Source of the DNA: Candidatus Electrothrix sp. GW3-4
GTDB taxonomy: Bacteria; Desulfobacterota; Desulfobulbia; Desulfobulbales; Desulfobulbaceae
Assembly (NCBI RefSeq): GCF_037902255.1
Contig: NZ_CP147990.1
Coordinates: forward strand, 2,910,001-2,942,000
Direction of reading: 5' to 3'
DNA: 32,000 bases
Positions within the stretch are counted from its first letter, which is position 1, and each line of letters opens with the position of its first letter. Made by a program: the position numbers and the translations under genes. Under the pieces are notes generated by a model that had not been told where the DNA came from, made no database searches, and saw only the letters and a program-made list of their open reading frames with translations. Positions 8,362 through 17,009 of this stretch are shown here, in pieces.

Positions 8362-9117
8362 TCAGATTTTTCTTTCAAAATTCTCAGCAACTGTAAAGTA
8401 CAAGAGGAACTCTTGGTTGCCTTTTGCTCCACAGATCGTCGATGCAACTTCCCCTCGACAGCCCAGCCCTATTTCCTCGGCAAATTGTTTCACCGAGTCT
8501 ATGGCCTCTTGATGCAATGTACGTTCCCGCACAACCCCCCCGGTCCCGACCTTATCCCTGGCAAGCTCAAACTGCGGCTTGACTAAGGCCAAAATGCGAA
8601 CAAGCCCACCAAACAACGGCAAGAGCGGTGGCAGCAAGGAACGCAAAGAGATAAATGAGGCATCCAGGACGACCAAATCCAGGGGCTCAGGTATATGTTG
8701 ACGGGTCAGATAGCGGGCATTGGTCCGTTCATGCAGAATAACCCGTTCATCCTGGCGCAACTTCCACGCCAGTAGCCCGTAGCCCACATCCACGGCATAG
8801 ACACGGGCTGCCCCATTCCAGAGTAAGCAATCAGTGAACCCTCCGGTTGAGCAACCAATATCAGCGCACACCCACCCTGCCGGAACAATGCCCAACTGCT
8901 TAAGACCACCAGCAAGTTTTTCCCCGCCTCGGCTAACAAAAGGGGAACTTTTCCGCACCCGAACCTCACTGTCCTTCGGGACCAGGCTTCCTGCCTTATA
9001 ATCAGTCCTGGTGTTGACAATGACCTGGCCTGCCCCTATCAGGGCCTGTGCCTTTTTCAGATCAACAGCCAATCCGCGTTCGATCAGCAACTGATCCAAC
9101 CGTTTTTTTTTTGGCAA
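8362..9117 (-). CDS. tlyA: TlyA-family rRNA 2'-O-methyltransferase (S4 domain + FtsJ-like methyltransferase)
   Basis: KRLDQLLIERGLA (S4-like), DIGCSTGGFTD (SAM-binding), FISL. TTG start 11 nt after the cpoB stop; codons 3-5 form an A10 tract. Confidence 0.85.
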   Translation of the reverse strand: MPKKKRLDQLLIERGLAVDLKKAQALIGAGQVIVNTRTDYKAGSLVPKDSEVRVRKSSPFVSRGGEKLAGGLKQLGIVPAGWVCADIGCSTGGFTDCLLWNGAARVYAVDVGYGLLAWKLRQDERVILHERTNARYLTRQHIPEPLDLVVLDASFISLRSLLPPLLPLFGGLVRILALVKPQFELARDKVGTGGVVRERTLHQEAIDSVKQFAEEIGLGCRGEVASTICGAKGNQEFLLYFTVAENFERKI

Positions 9118-9128
9118 GAGGTTACCTG

Positions 9129-10316
9129 CTACAGGCTTTCCAAGCGTTGCCGAGCTACCCCGGCCTCTCTACTGTTCGGGTAATCAGCGGTCAACTTGGT
9201 ATAGATAATCTTGGCGGTCTCATGGTCGGTCAGCTTCTCAAACGACATGCCCTGTCGGAGTAATGCAGCAGAACTATGAGGATTTCGCCTATAATTTGAA
9301 ATCACCTTTTGATAATCAAGAATGGCCAAATCATACTCACCCAGATTAAAAAGGCACTCTCCCATAAAATACAAAGTCTTGGCAGCCTGATCATCAGCAG
9401 GATGTCCTGCCAGGACCTGCTCAAAGACCTTGTACGCTGATTTATAGTCCTTGGCCTTAAACTGGGAAATCCCCTGCTCAAGTAAACTCTCCCTCATATC
9501 CAATTGCTGTCTCTGCGGTGGATGCTCCATAACAGAGGCTTGTTGCTGTACCGGAACCTCCTGCACCTGCTGGACCTGCTGTCGCGGTTGCCGCCTGGTT
9601 ACAATCTCTTTCTGTTTTTGCGGCATAATCGTGGGGCGCGATGAGGCATTCACAATGGGTTGGTTAATCCGCAACTGGGTTTGCGGCGGCGGCGCAGAGT
9701 CCACCACAGCTCCGTAGTTCTTCCGAACCTTTCTATTGCTTGGCAGTAAAATCGTGTTTTCGCTCTGTCGATCTTGTGTGGCTAATACAGCTCTTCTCTT
9801 AGCCTGCTCTGCCCTCTCTGCTGCCTGTCGCGCCTTCTTTTCAGCTGCATAGACCCTGGACTGACTCAGCCTCTGAATATTGCTGGACAATTTATTAATC
9901 TTTGACTCAAGGGTCTGAATAAGCTGCTCATTTTCCCGGCGAACATGGACGCTTTCCGAGCGGACCTGATCACTCTCAGAACGGATCTGCTGATTTTCCC
10001 GGCGTAGCTGTTGCAAGGCCTCTTCCAACTCATCAATCTTTTGCGCATCCTGCTCTCGCTTTCGACTAATCGCCTCTAAATTTTCCTCGGTTATGGTCCG
10101 AAACTCACGGGTCTCCTCAGCTACGTTGTCCAACTGGGTTGAGGATTCAGCTGTTCGCTTCAAGACCTGATTTGTGGTATTGGCTTCAACTTCCTTAACT
10201 TTCTGGTTCATGGTACGAAGCTGATAATTCAACCTTCGTACATCGTCCACACTTGCGCATTGGCAAAGCAGGAGAGCCGAGCAGCTGGCAAACGCAATAG
10301 CTTGTATTTTTTTCAT
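9129..10316 (-). CDS. cpoB: Tol-Pal system protein CpoB/YbgF-like (signal peptide, long coiled coil, C-terminal TPR)
   Basis: N-terminal hydrophobic signal, a heptad-rich E/Q/R region and a Q/P-rich linker. The C-terminal segment (FKAKDYKSAYKVFEQVLAGHP...YFMGECLFNLGEYDLAILDYQKVISNY...YPNSREAGVARQRL) is a YbgF-type TPR domain. The gene sits directly downstream of tolB. Confidence 0.75.
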   Translation of the reverse strand: MKKIQAIAFASCSALLLCQCASVDDVRRLNYQLRTMNQKVKEVEANTTNQVLKRTAESSTQLDNVAEETREFRTITEENLEAISRKREQDAQKIDELEEALQQLRRENQQIRSESDQVRSESVHVRRENEQLIQTLESKINKLSSNIQRLSQSRVYAAEKKARQAAERAEQAKRRAVLATQDRQSENTILLPSNRKVRKNYGAVVDSAPPPQTQLRINQPIVNASSRPTIMPQKQKEIVTRRQPRQQVQQVQEVPVQQQASVMEHPPQRQQLDMRESLLEQGISQFKAKDYKSAYKVFEQVLAGHPADDQAAKTLYFMGECLFNLGEYDLAILDYQKVISNYRRNPHSSAALLRQGMSFEKLTDHETAKIIYTKLTADYPNSREAGVARQRLESL

Positions 10317-10379
10317 ATCCCTTTCCTTATATATACAGCTGAGTTAAAAGTTTTTTCTCGTATTTTTCATTCACCAGGT

Positions 10380-11681
10380 TCAATGCAGACGAGGTGACCA
10401 ACGCGGATAGGACTGATTTCCCTCCAGGGAGAACAGAGGGCGGATCCCCTCTCCGTTGGCTTGCGCAACGTAAATTTCCATTTTGCCATTGAGCTCCCGA
10501 GAAAAGGCGAGCAGCCTGCCGTCAGGAGACCAACTCGGAGACTCATAGCTCCCGGCACCTGAGGTTATCCGAGTAGACTGACCTCCACTCACCGGAACAG
10601 TATAAATATGATATCGCCCCTGGACAAGGCGAGTATAGACAATTTTATCTCCCTGAGGTGACCATGACGGCTCAACATTCTCTTTCCCCTCAAAGGTCAA
10701 GCGCTGCACCTGCATGGTTTGCAGATTCATAATATAGACCTGGGGCCTGCCGCTCCGGTCAGAAACAAAACAAATGGCCCTGCCGTCTGGAGAAAAGGAC
10801 GGGGAAACATTGATCCCGGCCCGTTTTGTCAAGCGACTGATAACGTTTCCTTCCATATCGATCAGATAGAGATCTGGATTACCGTCCTTACTCAGGGTAA
10901 CAACAGCCGTCCGGTTATCTGGTGAAAATGCCGGGGCCAGATTCATACCCCTGCGCCTGGACAAGGTACGGGTCTTTTTATTCTGATCCAGGTCCATCAG
11001 GTAGAGATCCTGATTGCCCCGATGGTAGGAGGTATAGGCCAGCCGGGTTCCGTCCGCTGTAAAACGCGGTGAGACACAGAGATGGTGATGCCGGGTTATC
11101 TGACGCACATGGCGTCCAAACACATCAGCAAGATAAATCTCCTTACGCCCTGTTTTATCAGAGACAAAGGCAATGGCCGATCTGGCGACTCCTGGCTCAC
11201 CGGTAAACTCCTCAACCATCGCGTCAACAAGGCGCAAGACCATGTCCTCCCGTTGGGATGAACTGCCTTTATAGCTTTTGGCCGCGAGCTTATCTCCGCT
11301 CATGACATCAAGCAGACTGCCAGCAACGCTCATTCGCTCTCCTGACAGCATATAGTTGCCCGTAACGACATAATCTGCTCCAAGGGCCCGCCAATCGGGC
11401 TGACGCTGCCCTTCATAGCGGTGAGGATCCAGAATGCGCACAAAACCATGAAGCCATAACCCCTCCTCCATAATTCGGGCAAGATCACGGCCTGTTGCGG
11501 TATTCTGATCACCTCTTCCATCAACAAAGGAAGGGATAGCAATGACAAGCTTACGTACTCCAGAACTGGCAATGTCCAGATAAATCCGTTCAGCCGAAGC
11601 AGTAGGAACGGAAAAAAAGACATTCACCATCAGAAGTGAAAAGAGTGCACAGCAGCGAAGCAAGGGTCGGAAGAGATTCAT
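10380..11681 (-). CDS. tolB: Tol-Pal system beta-propeller protein TolB
   Basis: Repeated PxFSPDG / PSWSPDG blades and a TolB N-terminal domain. The start is uncertain: ATG 11681 gives the signal peptide MNLFRPLL...TASA, while the track ORF begins at 11723. Confidence 0.9.
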   Translation of the reverse strand: MNLFRPLLRCCALFSLLMVNVFFSVPTASAERIYLDIASSGVRKLVIAIPSFVDGRGDQNTATGRDLARIMEEGLWLHGFVRILDPHRYEGQRQPDWRALGADYVVTGNYMLSGERMSVAGSLLDVMSGDKLAAKSYKGSSSQREDMVLRLVDAMVEEFTGEPGVARSAIAFVSDKTGRKEIYLADVFGRHVRQITRHHHLCVSPRFTADGTRLAYTSYHRGNQDLYLMDLDQNKKTRTLSRRRGMNLAPAFSPDNRTAVVTLSKDGNPDLYLIDMEGNVISRLTKRAGINVSPSFSPDGRAICFVSDRSGRPQVYIMNLQTMQVQRLTFEGKENVEPSWSPQGDKIVYTRLVQGRYHIYTVPVSGGQSTRITSGAGSYESPSWSPDGRLLAFSRELNGKMEIYVAQANGEGIRPLFSLEGNQSYPRWSPRLH

Positions 11682-11763
11682 GACATGCATAGCAAAAAGA
11701 AGTGAGTTAAAAACAACAAACACGGGTTATTGGGTGCGTTGTTACAATGCCTATGAAAAGCAA

Positions 11764-12933
11764 TCATAGGGCCAAGCCCTGCGGGGTGAAATTCAACGCA
11801 AATTCCAGAGTCGGTGTATTGATAAGAGCAGGAAAACCAGGAAGAGGCGCTGAGCTCTGGAGGGCCTTGACCACGGATTGATCAAAAAAACTATCCCCGG
11901 ATTTCTGCTCAATCCGCATATCCTCAATGGTGCCATCCCGCCGAACGGTAAGGGCGATCATCGTTCTAAGATGAGGCTTTTTTTTGACGATTTCAGGAAG
12001 CTGCCAATGACTGCTTATCCTGCCGTTCAAAGATGCCGCATACTGGTTGAGCACAGCAGGACTTATCCGCTCAGCACCATAACCTCCAGAGACACCGTTT
12101 CCCGGTTCGCCCCTGCCGCCTGAGGAACGACCTCCGCTCCTGGAGGCCAGCGGGGTATTCAAATCAGAAACTGCCTGGGCCACAGAAGCGTATTCCTGCC
12201 TCACCCTCGCAGCCTCAAGGCGGGCCTGTTCCGCTGCCAGCTCCGCCTCACGGGCCAAACGGGCAGCTTCGTCAACTTCTCTCTGTCTTCGCTGTTGAGC
12301 AGCCAGCCTTTTTTTCGCGACGGCTTCCTGCTGTCTTTTTTTTCGGGCAGCCAGCTTTTTTTCCTGCACTGCCGCCTTTTCCTGTTTCCGCTGCTCAGCA
12401 CGGCGTTTTTCTTGCAAAGCGGCAAGCCGAGCCCGCTCCTTTTCCTCGGCCAGCCGGATATCCTGAGCCAACTTTTTCTTCCGTTTTAACGGATGAAGAG
12501 AAACAGGTTTGGTCTGGGCAACAGGTGCAGGATGAGATGCCGATGTTGATCTTTTTGATGTTGATCTTTTTTTTGGGACAACGACAGGAGGTGCCGGTGC
12601 CTGCACTGTCACTTGAGGGGCAGCTGGCTCTACCGTTTTTTTAACCTTTTTCTCCTGAACAACTTTGGCCTGACGAGGAGCTGCGCCCTCTCTTGGCCTG
12701 CGGGCTGCAACCTGCTGGACAGCGACCGGGGCAGCTGGAGGCAAGGAAAGAAGATCAATGGTGATCACCTTATCCGGCTTATGCCTCTTGCCGACATCGG
12801 GCAGAACAGCAGCCCCTGCAAAAACAACAAGATGAAGAACAACAGCTATGTTCAGGGGGATCTTCCAGCTGGGAATCCGCTCCCGTTGCGCCAGAAATCG
12901 CTCCCAACTATCTCCAATGTACAAGCCGTTCAT
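11764..12933 (-). CDS. tolA: TolA (TonB/TolA-family envelope-spanning protein)
   Basis: N-terminal TM segment IPLNIAVVLHLVVFAGAAVL, a long K/A/E/Q/P-rich helical region, and a TonB_C-like C-terminus (TVRRDGTIEDMRIEQKSGDSFFDQSVVKALQ). Positioned between tolR and tolB. Confidence 0.8.
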   Translation of the reverse strand: MNGLYIGDSWERFLAQRERIPSWKIPLNIAVVLHLVVFAGAAVLPDVGKRHKPDKVITIDLLSLPPAAPVAVQQVAARRPREGAAPRQAKVVQEKKVKKTVEPAAPQVTVQAPAPPVVVPKKRSTSKRSTSASHPAPVAQTKPVSLHPLKRKKKLAQDIRLAEEKERARLAALQEKRRAEQRKQEKAAVQEKKLAARKKRQQEAVAKKRLAAQQRRQREVDEAARLAREAELAAEQARLEAARVRQEYASVAQAVSDLNTPLASRSGGRSSGGRGEPGNGVSGGYGAERISPAVLNQYAASLNGRISSHWQLPEIVKKKPHLRTMIALTVRRDGTIEDMRIEQKSGDSFFDQSVVKALQSSAPLPGFPALINTPTLEFALNFTPQGLAL

Positions 12934-12970
12934 GCCCCTTTTCCCTCTTCCTTCAATATCGTCAGCTCTG

Positions 12971-13396
12971 TTATTTCTCCTTGTCGTCCGCTTGGGTTAC
13001 CATGCCCAACTTTGCAAAACCTGCCTGTTTAATCTGAGCCATCACCTGCACCACCAGACCGTACGGCACCTTCTCATCCGCCCGCAGATAGATCGGTTCC
13101 TTCTTTTTTTCCTGCGGCATTTTCTCCAGCTGCTGCCGCATGAGATCAAGAGGCACCTTTGTTTTGTTCTGTCCGAGATAAATTATCATCTTCTCATCTA
13201 TCTGCACCATCAGGGGCTCTTCCTGCTGGCGTAAGGCCTTGGACGTGGTCTTTGGCAGATCAACATCCACCCCCTGGGTCATCATCGGGGCTGTCACCAT
13301 AAAGATAATCAACAGTACCAACATAACATCCACAAGCGGGGTCACATTGATTTCCGCTACCAGGCCTTTTCGGCCTCTACTCCCGGAAGGTCCCAT
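12971..13396 (-). CDS. tolR: TolR (ExbD/TolR family)
   Basis: EINVTPLVDVMLVLLIIFMV is the ExbD/TolR signature; downstream of tolQ. Confidence 0.85.
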   Translation of the reverse strand: MGPSGSRGRKGLVAEINVTPLVDVMLVLLIIFMVTAPMMTQGVDVDLPKTTSKALRQQEEPLMVQIDEKMIIYLGQNKTKVPLDLMRQQLEKMPQEKKKEPIYLRADEKVPYGLVVQVMAQIKQAGFAKLGMVTQADDKEK

Positions 13397-13474
13397 AACA
13401 AAGTGCTACTCAGTGGTAAATAAAGATGTCATTTGATATCAACTGCACGAGAGCGCATTCAGGTTGCACATCAG

Positions 13475-14167
13475 CTACTCTCTTGACAGCATATCACGTT
13501 CAACCAGATTTAAAAAATCAAAAGAAAAATTCTCAATATCCGATTCAAAATCAGCCAGTTTATTAGCATAAAAATTATAAAAAACAACTGCGGGGATCGC
13601 CACCGCCAAGCCAGCAGCAGTAGCAACCAAGGCCTCGGCAATACCCGGAGCAACGACCGCCAGTGAGGCGGAGCCGTGGGTACCGATCTCCTGAAAGGAG
13701 GTCAGGATACCCCATACTGTCCCGAACAGACCTATGAACGGAGTAGCACTTCCGGTAGTGGCCAAAAAAGCAAGAGAGCGCTCCAGCCGATCGGTTTCCA
13801 CCCGTTGGGCCTTGCGGATCGCCCGTTTCAGGTTTTCCATAGAGGCCAGCTTACTTTGCAGAGTCTCTGTCTTGGCACGTTCGCTTCGCGCGGCACTGAT
13901 CTTGCGCAGCTCGTTAAACCCAGAGACAAAGACAGAGGCCTCAGGACTGAGCGTAAAATTTTGCGCCGCCTCATAGGCATTATTCAGGGTCTTGGACTCC
14001 CAGAAATCGACCAAAAAGTCTTCCGATGCATAGCGGGCCCGGGAGAACAGGATGTATTTCGAGATAATAATCCACCAGGAAAGCACGGAAAAAATAAGTA
14101 AGACCAGCATAACCAGCTTCACCACCAAACCGGCATGCGCCATCATGCTGAATACAGAAAGATTCAC
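13475..14167 (-). CDS. tolQ: TolQ (MotA/TolQ/ExbB proton channel family)
   Basis: LATTGSATPFIGLFGTVWGI signature. The start is probably GTG 14167, which has AGGAG 7 nt upstream and gives (M)NLSVFSMMAHAGLVVKLVML, resembling other TolQ N-termini. The track ORF starts at TTG 14188. Confidence 0.88.
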   Translation of the reverse strand: MNLSVFSMMAHAGLVVKLVMLVLLIFSVLSWWIIISKYILFSRARYASEDFLVDFWESKTLNNAYEAAQNFTLSPEASVFVSGFNELRKISAARSERAKTETLQSKLASMENLKRAIRKAQRVETDRLERSLAFLATTGSATPFIGLFGTVWGILTSFQEIGTHGSASLAVVAPGIAEALVATAAGLAVAIPAVVFYNFYANKLADFESDIENFSFDFLNLVERDMLSRE

Positions 14168-14533
14168 AAATTCACTCCTACTGATCAAATCATTCAGCTA
14201 TAGTGATGCTGTTCAACCCCAGCCCCTGTCACCCCAGGACAACGCCGCAAAAAAAATCAAGCGTTCCTTTTTCCCGTGAGAACAGATAAACAATGCGCTG
14301 TCGTCCAGCGAACTCAAGGGGATAAAATCAGAGCAACTTTATCCATTATTCGTCTCTATAAAAACTGAAAAAGAGTATAACGGGTTCTGATAATTATGTC
14401 GACCCTGAACTGAATATAGTGTACATAACTCAGAACAAAATCAAGTAAATTATTTTCAGCTTTTTTCAGAGAGTTAAATCTTCACTGAAAAAGAACGAAA
14501 AAAAAACATCCATAATGACAAGAGGAGGTCTTC

Positions 14534-15445
14534 ATGTCGGATGCAATCTATGATGTTGTTATTATCGGCGCAGGCCCGGCAGGTATCCAGGCCGCCATTC
14601 ATTCAACCCGAAAAAAAACCCATGTCCTGCTCCTGGGTCGGATTAAAAACAGCGCTATCTACCCCGCTCATGTGGAAAACTACGCCTGTATCAACGGGGT
14701 CACCGATGGCAAGGACTTACTGGAAGCAGGCATGAGTCAGCTGGAGCGTTTTGGCACAGAGATGCGGCCCGATGATGTCCTTAAAATCGCCCAAGGTGAG
14801 GATGAACTGTTCAGCCTGGAACTGGAGAGCGGCGATACCGTCACCAGCCGGACCCTGATCTTTGCCATGGGGGTCTCCAAGAACAAGCTCTCTGTGCCCG
14901 GTGAAAAAGAATTGGGCGGTTGCGGGGTGAGCTACTGCGTTGATTGCGATGCCAACTTCTATCGGGGCGACACCGTGATGGTGGTGGGCAACCAGAGTGC
15001 AGCCATTGACGGCGCCCTGACCCTGCTGGACTATGCAGCCAAGGTCTACCTGGTGGCTGAAGAGCTGCAAGGCTCTGAGGCTCTGCTTGAAAAACTCCAG
15101 GGCAGTACAGTTGAGCTCCACACCGGCGATTGGGTGCAGGAGATCATCGGCCAAGGCAAGGTCGAGGAAGTTCTGCTGAAGAGCGGGAATAAGCTGAGCG
15201 TGGACGGGGTGTTTATCGAGCTGGGCTCCAAGGGTGCCTTAGAGTTAGCCACCCAGGTTGGCGTTATGCTGGATACAGAGCAGTTCAAGTATATCGATGT
15301 GAACCGTAAGCAGGAAACCAACATCCCTGGTATTTATGCTGCTGGCGATATTGTCGGCCCTCCGTACCAGATGGCCAAGGCCGTGGGCGAAGGATGTGTG
15401 GCAGGGATGGAAGCGGCCATGTTTGCCCGTAAGAAGCGGCAGTAA
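14534..15445 (+). CDS. thioredoxin-reductase-like FAD-dependent disulfide oxidoreductase
   Basis: AGAGGAGG RBS, FAD GxGxxG (VVIIGAGPAG), redox CxxC (SYCVDCDA) and C-terminal GIYAAGD. The NADPH-site motifs look degenerate: VVGNQSAA instead of GGGNSA, and no HRRxxxR. Confidence 0.8.
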   Translation: MSDAIYDVVIIGAGPAGIQAAIHSTRKKTHVLLLGRIKNSAIYPAHVENYACINGVTDGKDLLEAGMSQLERFGTEMRPDDVLKIAQGEDELFSLELESGDTVTSRTLIFAMGVSKNKLSVPGEKELGGCGVSYCVDCDANFYRGDTVMVVGNQSAAIDGALTLLDYAAKVYLVAEELQGSEALLEKLQGSTVELHTGDWVQEIIGQGKVEEVLLKSGNKLSVDGVFIELGSKGALELATQVGVMLDTEQFKYIDVNRKQETNIPGIYAAGDIVGPPYQMAKAVGEGCVAGMEAAMFARKKRQ

Positions 15446-15487
15446 GGATTGATAACATTCAGGGTGTTCGCCTGAGCTGATTATATT

Positions 15488-15513
15488 GAACCCCTTCAGG
15501 GTTCTTCCTTTTT
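15488..15513 (+). terminator. Rho-independent terminator after the TrxR-like gene
   Basis: GAACCC-cttca-GGGTTC followed by ttccttttt. Confidence 0.55.
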
Positions 15514-15544
15514 CCCTCTTTATTCCTTAAAGGCAGCGGGGCAA

Positions 15545-15931
15545 TCAATCTTCCGCTGCCTTCTTTGTTATCGGCTCCTTTCGCAACCCATCCACAGCAT
15601 GCTGCAAGGCCATGACTGGATGAGATAAGATCATCCGGGGACCGATAGTCCGCATTACTTCACGAATCTTCTCCCGCATACTCGGTTGATAGCAATGGAC
15701 CTGACAATTGCCGCAGGTTGTTTTTCCTTCCTGAAAAGGGCAACGGGCAAGGCGTTGTTCTGCATAATTGACCAGCTCGGTGCAGTCGGCACAGAGTTCT
15801 TTATCACCGCCATGCTGTAACCGGCAATACTTATGAATCATCACCGCGACAGTCTCGGCTTCACGCTGCATACGGCTGGAGCTTTTCTTCCCACCATGCT
15901 TCATGCGTTCGCCAACCATCAATAAACGCAT
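15545..15931 (-). CDS. Cys-rich YgbA-like protein (nitrous-oxide-stimulated promoter family)
   Basis: HKYCRLQHGG...LCADCTELVNYAEQRLARCPF...KTTCGNCQVHCY resembles the YgbA_NO family pattern as I remember it. The start is uncertain (15931, 15919 or 15904); the 15931 start overlaps the upstream gene by 13 nt. Confidence 0.65.
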   Translation of the reverse strand: MRLLMVGERMKHGGKKSSSRMQREAETVAVMIHKYCRLQHGGDKELCADCTELVNYAEQRLARCPFQEGKTTCGNCQVHCYQPSMREKIREVMRTIGPRMILSHPVMALQHAVDGLRKEPITKKAAED

Positions 15932-16452
15932 TTATAATCTCCACCCTTAAAATCAACTACCTTCGTGTTTATCGCCTGTAGTTCTCCCCCAGTTATTCCA
16001 TATTCTTCGCTTACATGTTCAGCTGCGGCCTCCTCGGTATTCGGAACATCCAGAAAACGCATAAGACTCTTCCTGTACGCACAGTAAATGCGAACCTCCT
16101 CATCAGTGGGTTCAATAACCTCTTTGACTGGCTCCGGCTCTACTGCTATCTTTTTCTTAATAATTTTTCCCTCATCTTTCTTCTCTTCTTCCACTTCCAA
16201 CTCACATATTGTCGCCTTTTTTTGGGTTAGAACAAAATCAACAACCTTGTTCTCCTTTCCTGGAACCCATGCTATACAATTCGATTGTACAGGCCACCAT
16301 CCCGGCCTCGCCTCTGATGCGTTAAAGACCCCTTGCTCATCTTTCCAGAGATACATCTTGGAATATACCGAGCAAGGAATGGCAAAGGCACTCAATAGAA
16401 TAATGACACAAAGGACCTTCCCCAAAAACCATGCGCCTGCAAAACTTTTCAT
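15919..16452 (-). CDS. exported hypothetical protein with DUF4124-like N-terminal motif
   Basis: Signal/TM segment FLGKVLCVIILLSAFAIPCSV, then MYLWKDEQGVFNASE (DUF4124-like YxWxDxxGxxxxS), followed by an acidic/lysine-rich middle. Confidence 0.55.
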   Translation of the reverse strand: MKSFAGAWFLGKVLCVIILLSAFAIPCSVYSKMYLWKDEQGVFNASEARPGWWPVQSNCIAWVPGKENKVVDFVLTQKKATICELEVEEEKKDEGKIIKKKIAVEPEPVKEVIEPTDEEVRIYCAYRKSLMRFLDVPNTEEAAAEHVSEEYGITGGELQAINTKVVDFKGGDYKCVY

Positions 16453-16643
16453 CTTTTCTCACACCCCTGACCTTTCAGTGTTTATGAACAACTCACGTAC
16501 CAGAAAAACACCCAGTTCATCTCCGCGTACGCCTAATACGCAGACTGTCATTTTTCTTCTCTTATATTTATATGATAAAGGCCTGAATCATGTATTGTCA
16601 ACAGCGCCAAGGAAAAAGCAGGACAATGAACGCAGCGGGGCAT

Positions 16644-16676
16644 AAAAAAAGCCCTGAATCCGGCTGGACTCAGGGC
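16644..16676 (-). terminator. strong Rho-independent terminator (minus strand) inside the gene-free island
   Basis: Minus strand reads GCCCTGA-g-TCC-agcc-GGA-t-TCAGGGC followed by TTTTTTT (plus-strand A7 at 16644-16650). That is 7 + 3 bp with a tetraloop. Confidence 0.65.
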
Positions 16677-16709
16677 TGTCAGGACTGTCAGGACTGTCAG
16701 GACTGTGGA
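16676..16709. repeat. 9-nt tandem repeat ctgtcagga x3 plus a degenerate unit
   Basis: ctgtcagga ctgtcagga ctgtcagga ctgtgga, directly abutting the terminator stem, whose arm (ctcaggg) is itself a degenerate unit. Confidence 0.85.
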
Positions 16710-17009
16710 TGAAACCGGCAAAAGCTCCGACATTCCTCCGCTCACTGGACCGAATTCCAGCGATCATATCGTATTCCGAGGAGTCGCCGCTCAAACAGTG
16801 GGCTCTTCGCAGCTTCCATTCTCGTATGAAACGGTGAGACGGTACTGATCACAATCCTCTCATTAGCGTCATAGGCGTTGACAAAAGCCCCAAACTACGC
16901 CTCGCAACTATAAAAAATAAAAAGCAGACTCAGTACAATAAGGAAAAAGAGACAAGGGAAAGGGGAGAACAATGCTGCGGATTACAAGATCATAGATATT
17001 CTATTCGCT

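Noticed and set aside
15532-15560. GGCAGCGG...CCGCTGCC 8-bp inverted repeat as a terminator for the YgbA-like gene.
   Set aside because: One arm lies inside the coding region and no U-tract follows on the minus strand, so it was left unannotated.
16724-16741. Minus-strand GCGGAGGAATGTCGGAGC resembles the RNase P RNA P4 motif GGAGGAAAGUCCGGGCUC.
   Set aside because: There are four mismatches, no matching 3' P4 strand (ACAGAAnCCGGCUUA-like), and far too little sequence between the motif and the terminator for an RNase P RNA.
16548-16794. ORFs 16548..16745 and 16588..16794 (the latter contains SPDSPDSPDSPES).
   Set aside because: The peptide repeat is the 9-nt DNA repeat, the ORFs run through the terminator hairpin, and there is no RBS.
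16878-16914. TTGACA ... TATAAA as a sigma-70 promoter for a plus-strand ncRNA.
   Set aside because: The spacer is 25 nt, far from the 17 +/- 1 optimum.
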